A stretch of 64,000 bases of DNA from Nemertoderma westbladi. Its lineage: Eukaryota; Animalia; Xenacoelomorpha. The position numbers and the translations under genes were made by a program. Positions 58,850 through 64,000 of the stretch are shown piece by piece. The stretch lies in the NCBI GenBank assembly GCA_032718475.1, contig JAUCBJ010002288.1:12375-76374 (forward strand), written 5' to 3'. Under the pieces are notes generated by a model. The model saw only the letters and a list, made by a program, of their open reading frames with translations, was not told the origin of the DNA and did no database searches. Position 1 is the stretch's first letter; the number at the start of each line of letters is the position of its first letter.

Positions 58850-59090
58850 TTTATGTATCATCAAGATTCTGGTTGCTCACTGCTATTAGGCCATTTCTTT
58901 CACCCCGTGGCCTTTGAGACCTTTGGCCGCCCTGGTCCAGAGACATCCACCTTCCTCTGGGAGATCGGGGCTCGTCTCCACAGTGCCACCCACGAACCGC
59001 GGTCACACTAGTTTCTGCTCCAGCGCCTGGAGATGGCAATTTTGGTTGGTAATGCAGCCTCAGTCATGGGGATAGCAACCACGCCGACCA
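58850..59090 (+). mobile_element. Fossil C-terminal fragment of an RLE-type (CRE-like) non-LTR retrotransposon
   Basis: Manual translation HFFHPVAFETFGRPGPETSTFLWEIGARLHSATHEPRSH*FLLQRLEMAILVGNAASVMG. Confidence 0.65.
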
Positions 59091-60987
59091 TCGGTCTATT
59101 CGGGGACTGAAGAGCCGAAACCAATCGAAATGGTTGCCAATGGAGTCACCAACGGGATGACGGCCGAAGATATTCAATATTCAATACTCTATCTTATGCA
59201 ATCCCAAATATTCAATGTTCGATCCCTAGATGGGGCAGTACTGTTTGGGCACAGTGCTTTAAATGCTGCAGCCTAGCCCAACCCCGGCTTTCATCCTTCA
59301 GTGGTCGATTGGGAACCAAGGCAACTTGGGAAACAGAGTGGAAGGGTTTCAGGGTTTACTGTGGAAGATCACCCATGGTGGTGAACAGCAGGCATTCCTT
59401 GGCTTAACGAGCCTAAAAGATTCTCCCATTCAAATATTCAATTCGGTACTGTACCTTCAATTCAATATTCAATCTTAGTATTATTTCTGTGCTTCGTTAT
59501 TTAATAATGTGACTAGATAAAAAAATAAATTAATGAAATATAATTCATCTGTTAATTATTACAAAAAAAATCCAAAATAATATTAACATTTATATAGTTT
59601 TTAATTAAATGTTTCGAAATCAACAGTCATTCAATGAACTTATACTGCAGTGTCATGTATCGCATATCCCTTAGTTTAGTTTACATCACTATTCCTTATT
59701 CAAGTATAACTGAATCCTGGCCAACCGCCTTCACCCTCCACTGATAATTTAAAATCGTAACTCATTCAATCTTTGACTAAATTATACCAAACTTGGTAAA
59801 CATGTAATCTTGTCTATCGGCTAAAATAAACACAACTTGCTAAAGTTTCCCCTATAATGTTTTTTCCTATAGAACAGGATGCAGTTTTATTTTAGTAGTA
59901 AACAAGCTGTTATTTGCGTCGATTTTCACCTGGAGAGGGAAGAATATGTATTATATATGTAATATATTATAAACATAACAAAATTAATTATAATAATTCT
60001 AAAAATATAAGGCAGATTTTCCTAAAGTTAGCTCTTTAGTCTTTAGCAATCTTATACATTGACAAGTAAAATAAAATAAAATAAAATAATTGATGTTGAA
60101 TAATTATTATTAAGATTAAAATATATTATTAGGAATTCGAAGAAAGCAAATTGTATTGAGTTAGTATTGGCAAGTTAATCTCACAAACCAGTCTAGTCTA
60201 ACTTTAGAGAAGCCTTGTTCAAGGTTTAGGCCTATAGATTCCACCGTCTTCGTTCCAGGTTTAATTCTGTAATAGACTCCGTTATCCGTCTCGATCGCTT
60301 TGCTATGCACCATCTTACTGCTGTACTGGGTTTAATAAACTCCATCGCCTTCCTGTCGTTCTCTGTTTTGTAGATTACTTCGCCATCGTCTGATCGCTTT
60401 GGTTGCGTGTTTAATACTGTAATAGACTCCGTCGCCATCGTATCGTTCTGGATATATTGAATAGACTCCATCATCCATTGTCCATCGCGATCGTTTCATT
60501 GTTTACGTTTAGTTGACTCCGTCGCCTCCTCGGATTAGGATTCCGGCCGGGTTTCGTAGATGCCGCCATCGTTCAGCAGTTCAGTGTTTTTAATCAAAGC
60601 CAGAATTCCGGTACCGGCACCACGATCAACGATTTCGGTCGAGTAACAGACTCCGTCAACAACACTCGGGGTTTAAAAAATACAACTATCCGGCAACTTG
60701 TAACTGGGCGATCATCTATCTGATAGTTGAAAAAGACTGTCTGACAGTTGGTATCAGACTATCTGATAGTTCGCAGTTAGCGCCCCAGGGGTAAATCCTT
60801 ACCGGTACCCCATGGGCTGTTACCTCTCTGACTGACAGCGCAACAGCCCCTATAGCAGGTAGAGGTCCTGAAACACGTTAGTCCTCTGTATAGGCCTACT
60901 GTATTTGCTACTGTATATTGATTAAGTATTTATACCCTTATATTTATACCCTCATGTACTGTATATGATTGTTTAATGTATATCAAC

Positions 60988-61149
60988 CTGGTTTATCGAG
61001 AATCTCATTGGACGCATTCATATGAACTTCCAATGACTTTGACAACTTTGTGTTCCGGAAGTTTGGAAGACGTTTCGGATAGGCACTGATCGGTACTGAG
61101 ACAAGGAAACATAAAAAGGCTGAAGGAACGAAACCTAACCACCAATTAC
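60988..61149 (-). CDS. SLCO: Duplicate SLCO coding exon 2
   Basis: Same splice sites as 36723-36884; one TCG>TTG (S>L) change. Confidence 0.75.
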
Positions 61150-61612
61150 CTGGAGTAATAAAAATTTAAAAATGTGATTTATAAAATATTAGCTACAGTA
61201 ATTATTTTTGTGCGTCGCGTCCTAAGGGATAGGTAGGTCCAGTATCATGGTTACCAGAGGCAAAGTAATAATTATTAATAAAATATTTATTTAGGCCTAA
61301 AGGATATGTTGGTACTGCTACCCTGAGCACCATGTACAGTAAAAGTAATATCAATATCTTTTGTTATCCTCTTTGGGGAATTTCACGAAAAATATGTTTT
61401 ACATAAATGTTTCATGAGCGTTTTTATCAACAATCGCTTCGAAATGACAGCTCACATATCACCACATCAGACATGCTTTATGCGATTTCAAAAATTGCAG
61501 TGTAACTCTTCGAAAAATAGGCCTAAAAAAAAGAAATAAGAAATTGTCATTTCATTGTTCTTTTAATAAAATTATTTATTTACTTTCTGATTTTTTTTGT
61601 TTTGTAAATTAC

Positions 61613-62381
61613 CTATAAATAATTGTGAGCTCTCTGGAACTCCTTGTGACACAAAATCCGTTGGAATAGAAAGAAATATACCACTAAGGAGAAAACCTAA
61701 CGCAGGGCCTGCTATTGAAACGCTGTAGAAAACCCCCAAATATAAGGAAGAGTCAGATTTCTTAACGTTTTCATTTATGTATGAGTTGCCGACGGTATAT
61801 AGTGGCGCGAAACCGATGCCGTGGAAAATCTGGGCTAAAAAGAAAACGTACATATAGTTCGAGAGATTGGGGGTATCTGAGTCCTGGCAATCAACGTTGC
61901 TTGAGCCAGTCACACAGTAGGGAGTCTGATCGGAACCAATCACGTGATACATAGGTGTAGTCACGTGAGGTAGGAAATATATAAAGGAGCCGACACCGTG
62001 TAACACCGCTCCCATTGCGATCCACATACTCTTGTTGTTGTCGCCTAGGTAACTGATAGGTACTAGACACAGAGCGCCCGTGATGTCATAGAAGGCAACG
62101 ATCAACCCAGATTGGGTACTCAGGAAGCCAAAACGACGCTCTAAGGAAGTTATTCCCGTGTTAATGAAACCACTTATTACGAGCTGCTGAACCGTAGAAA
62201 AAAAACACATGAAGAATAAAAGAAACTTTACGTTGTTGAATATTTGCAACGATTTCGGTTTGAATTTCCCCCAACCCCAACTTTCATTATCATCGAATCC
62301 TTCTGTAGTATCTTTTATTGCGGCTTCATTTACAGGTTGAAGTTTATTAACCGACAGTAACTTTGGTTGTTCCGCCATCAT
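61613..62381 (-). CDS. SLCO: Duplicate SLCO coding exon 1
   Basis: ORF track translation is identical to 37302-38162. Confidence 0.8.
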
Positions 62382-64000
62382 AAAATCATATGTACTAATA
62401 TAGAAACATATAGTTATGAATAAATTAATCAAGAAAATAATATTACGTTCATAAATTTGAAACTTTTAACAATAGTTTATATGCCAGTTTCTAAAGGGTA
62501 GACGTTAAATAAAATGCTAGAAATTAGTGTTTCAATTTCAATATATTTAAGAGAAAGGTAATTAGCAATTAGCATTCATTCTATTGTCCTTGTACTGTAA
62601 TTCACTTACAGTAAATTATAGTATCCAAATTATTTGCGTAGATACAATAATACAGTATATAACAAATCAAAATCACTAACTACACACAGATAATTATCTT
62701 GATCGTCCATTAATTAAGATACATTAAATCGATATAACTTCAAACCAAAATTAAAGAAATTGTAGAGCAGATATGATTTAAGATTAAGTAAATGTTTAGA
62801 GCAGATAGGATATGAGATAATATGTATGATTGTGTTAAACAATATTAACTTATCTGTGTTTCTTGGTGCCTAATGTTATTTGTACTGTATTAAGCCGTGC
62901 ACAAAAATTAATATAAATAATTATTAACCTCTATTACATTTAAATAACACTACTGTATTATTTATTAGTAAATTAGCATTTTGTTTGTTTAATGGTTGAA
63001 TCTCAAATTATACTCTTTATAAACAATATATTGATAAATTGGTTTGGTGGAAAGCTTATTGGATAGGCGGGTGTGGCTTTTATGCGGGTGTAGCTATTGG
63101 CAACAAATGACATATTTTACAAAAGAATTATAGCTACTCCACAGTAACTAACAACTACAGTAATTCACTTTACCATTACCGCCGCGAGGTTAAGGAACTT
63201 TAATAAAGCCGCTTTATCGCGCAGCTGTATAAATAGTAATTGGTGGTAAATACAGTAGCGGCGTAGTAATAATAATATGGTACCATACCGGTAGCATACT
63301 TGTTATCAAATAGGGTTGGTGCGCGAAAATTTTTTAATATATCGTCTCAATGTTAAATTACCAATAGAAAAATATGTATCAATATATATCAATAGGAAAA
63401 GAGCAGGTTACAGTGGCTCGACATTGTAATCAAATCAATAAACTGAAGTCAATAGAAAATGGTTCAGTTTTACCTTTTATACAGTAGATTCATCAGCTGT
63501 TAGATTGTGCATTATTATTACGTCACAAGTCCCCCCCCTCTCTGTCTTTAATAAAATATGACACATAAAATTACGCACTAAAATAATATTATTGTGATAC
63601 ACAATTAGAAAATCAAGGTAGAACTAACTCTGCTACAGTACTCGACTGCATTTGTTCCCAGTAAATAACAATAAATTTCTTATTTGAAATTGATAAATAA
63701 ACGTTTAATATGACGTGATTACCACAGAGAGAAAAAATAATCAAGCGTTTAAATACCACTTGGCGGCGAGAGAAAATACAAATATAACGTTAATAACCAC
63801 ATTGTCACAGGTAATTACAAAGATAATCGCCTGTCCCAGAAGGTGATATACGGTTACAAAACCTGAAGCAAATATAGCAGTATTTTTAACTACTTAGGCT
63901 AATATAGTTAGGCTAGGTTTATTTGTTGAATTATTATAACTTTATATATTTTCCTGGGACAAGCGATAATCAGTATTTCTTGTAATATTCGGGTTATTTT

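Larger units (their letters stand above)
60950..64000. repeat. Near-identical duplicate of ~36685-40438 (open at right edge)
   Basis: Colinear at offset ~24,265-24,270 up to the MITE position; few SNPs and indels; lacks the 39121 MITE. Confidence 0.96.

Overview
AT-rich eukaryotic (probably invertebrate animal) genomic DNA with two convergent spliced genes and heavily nested transposons. (1) The 3' half of a GSK3/shaggy kinase gene on + (four exons, 6714-15311). It is preceded by more than 6.7 kb of a ~51-bp tandem array whose unit is a copy of the GSK3 exon start and contains an AG|GT site, and it has an 18-bp minisatellite in its last intron. (2) A complete 4-coding-exon SLCO/OATP transporter on - (19694-38111, 647 aa by manual splicing). 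Its last intron holds a decayed 14.4-kb BEL/Pao LTR element, which carries an extra DEDDy-like 3'-5' exonuclease ORF and three nested insertions. Upstream of SLCO, an RTE LINE is split by a young 13-kb BEL-type element that has an open gag-protease ORF but no RT core or integrase, followed by a near-identical duplicate of SLCO coding exons 1-2. All calls come from manual reading; no database searches were run.
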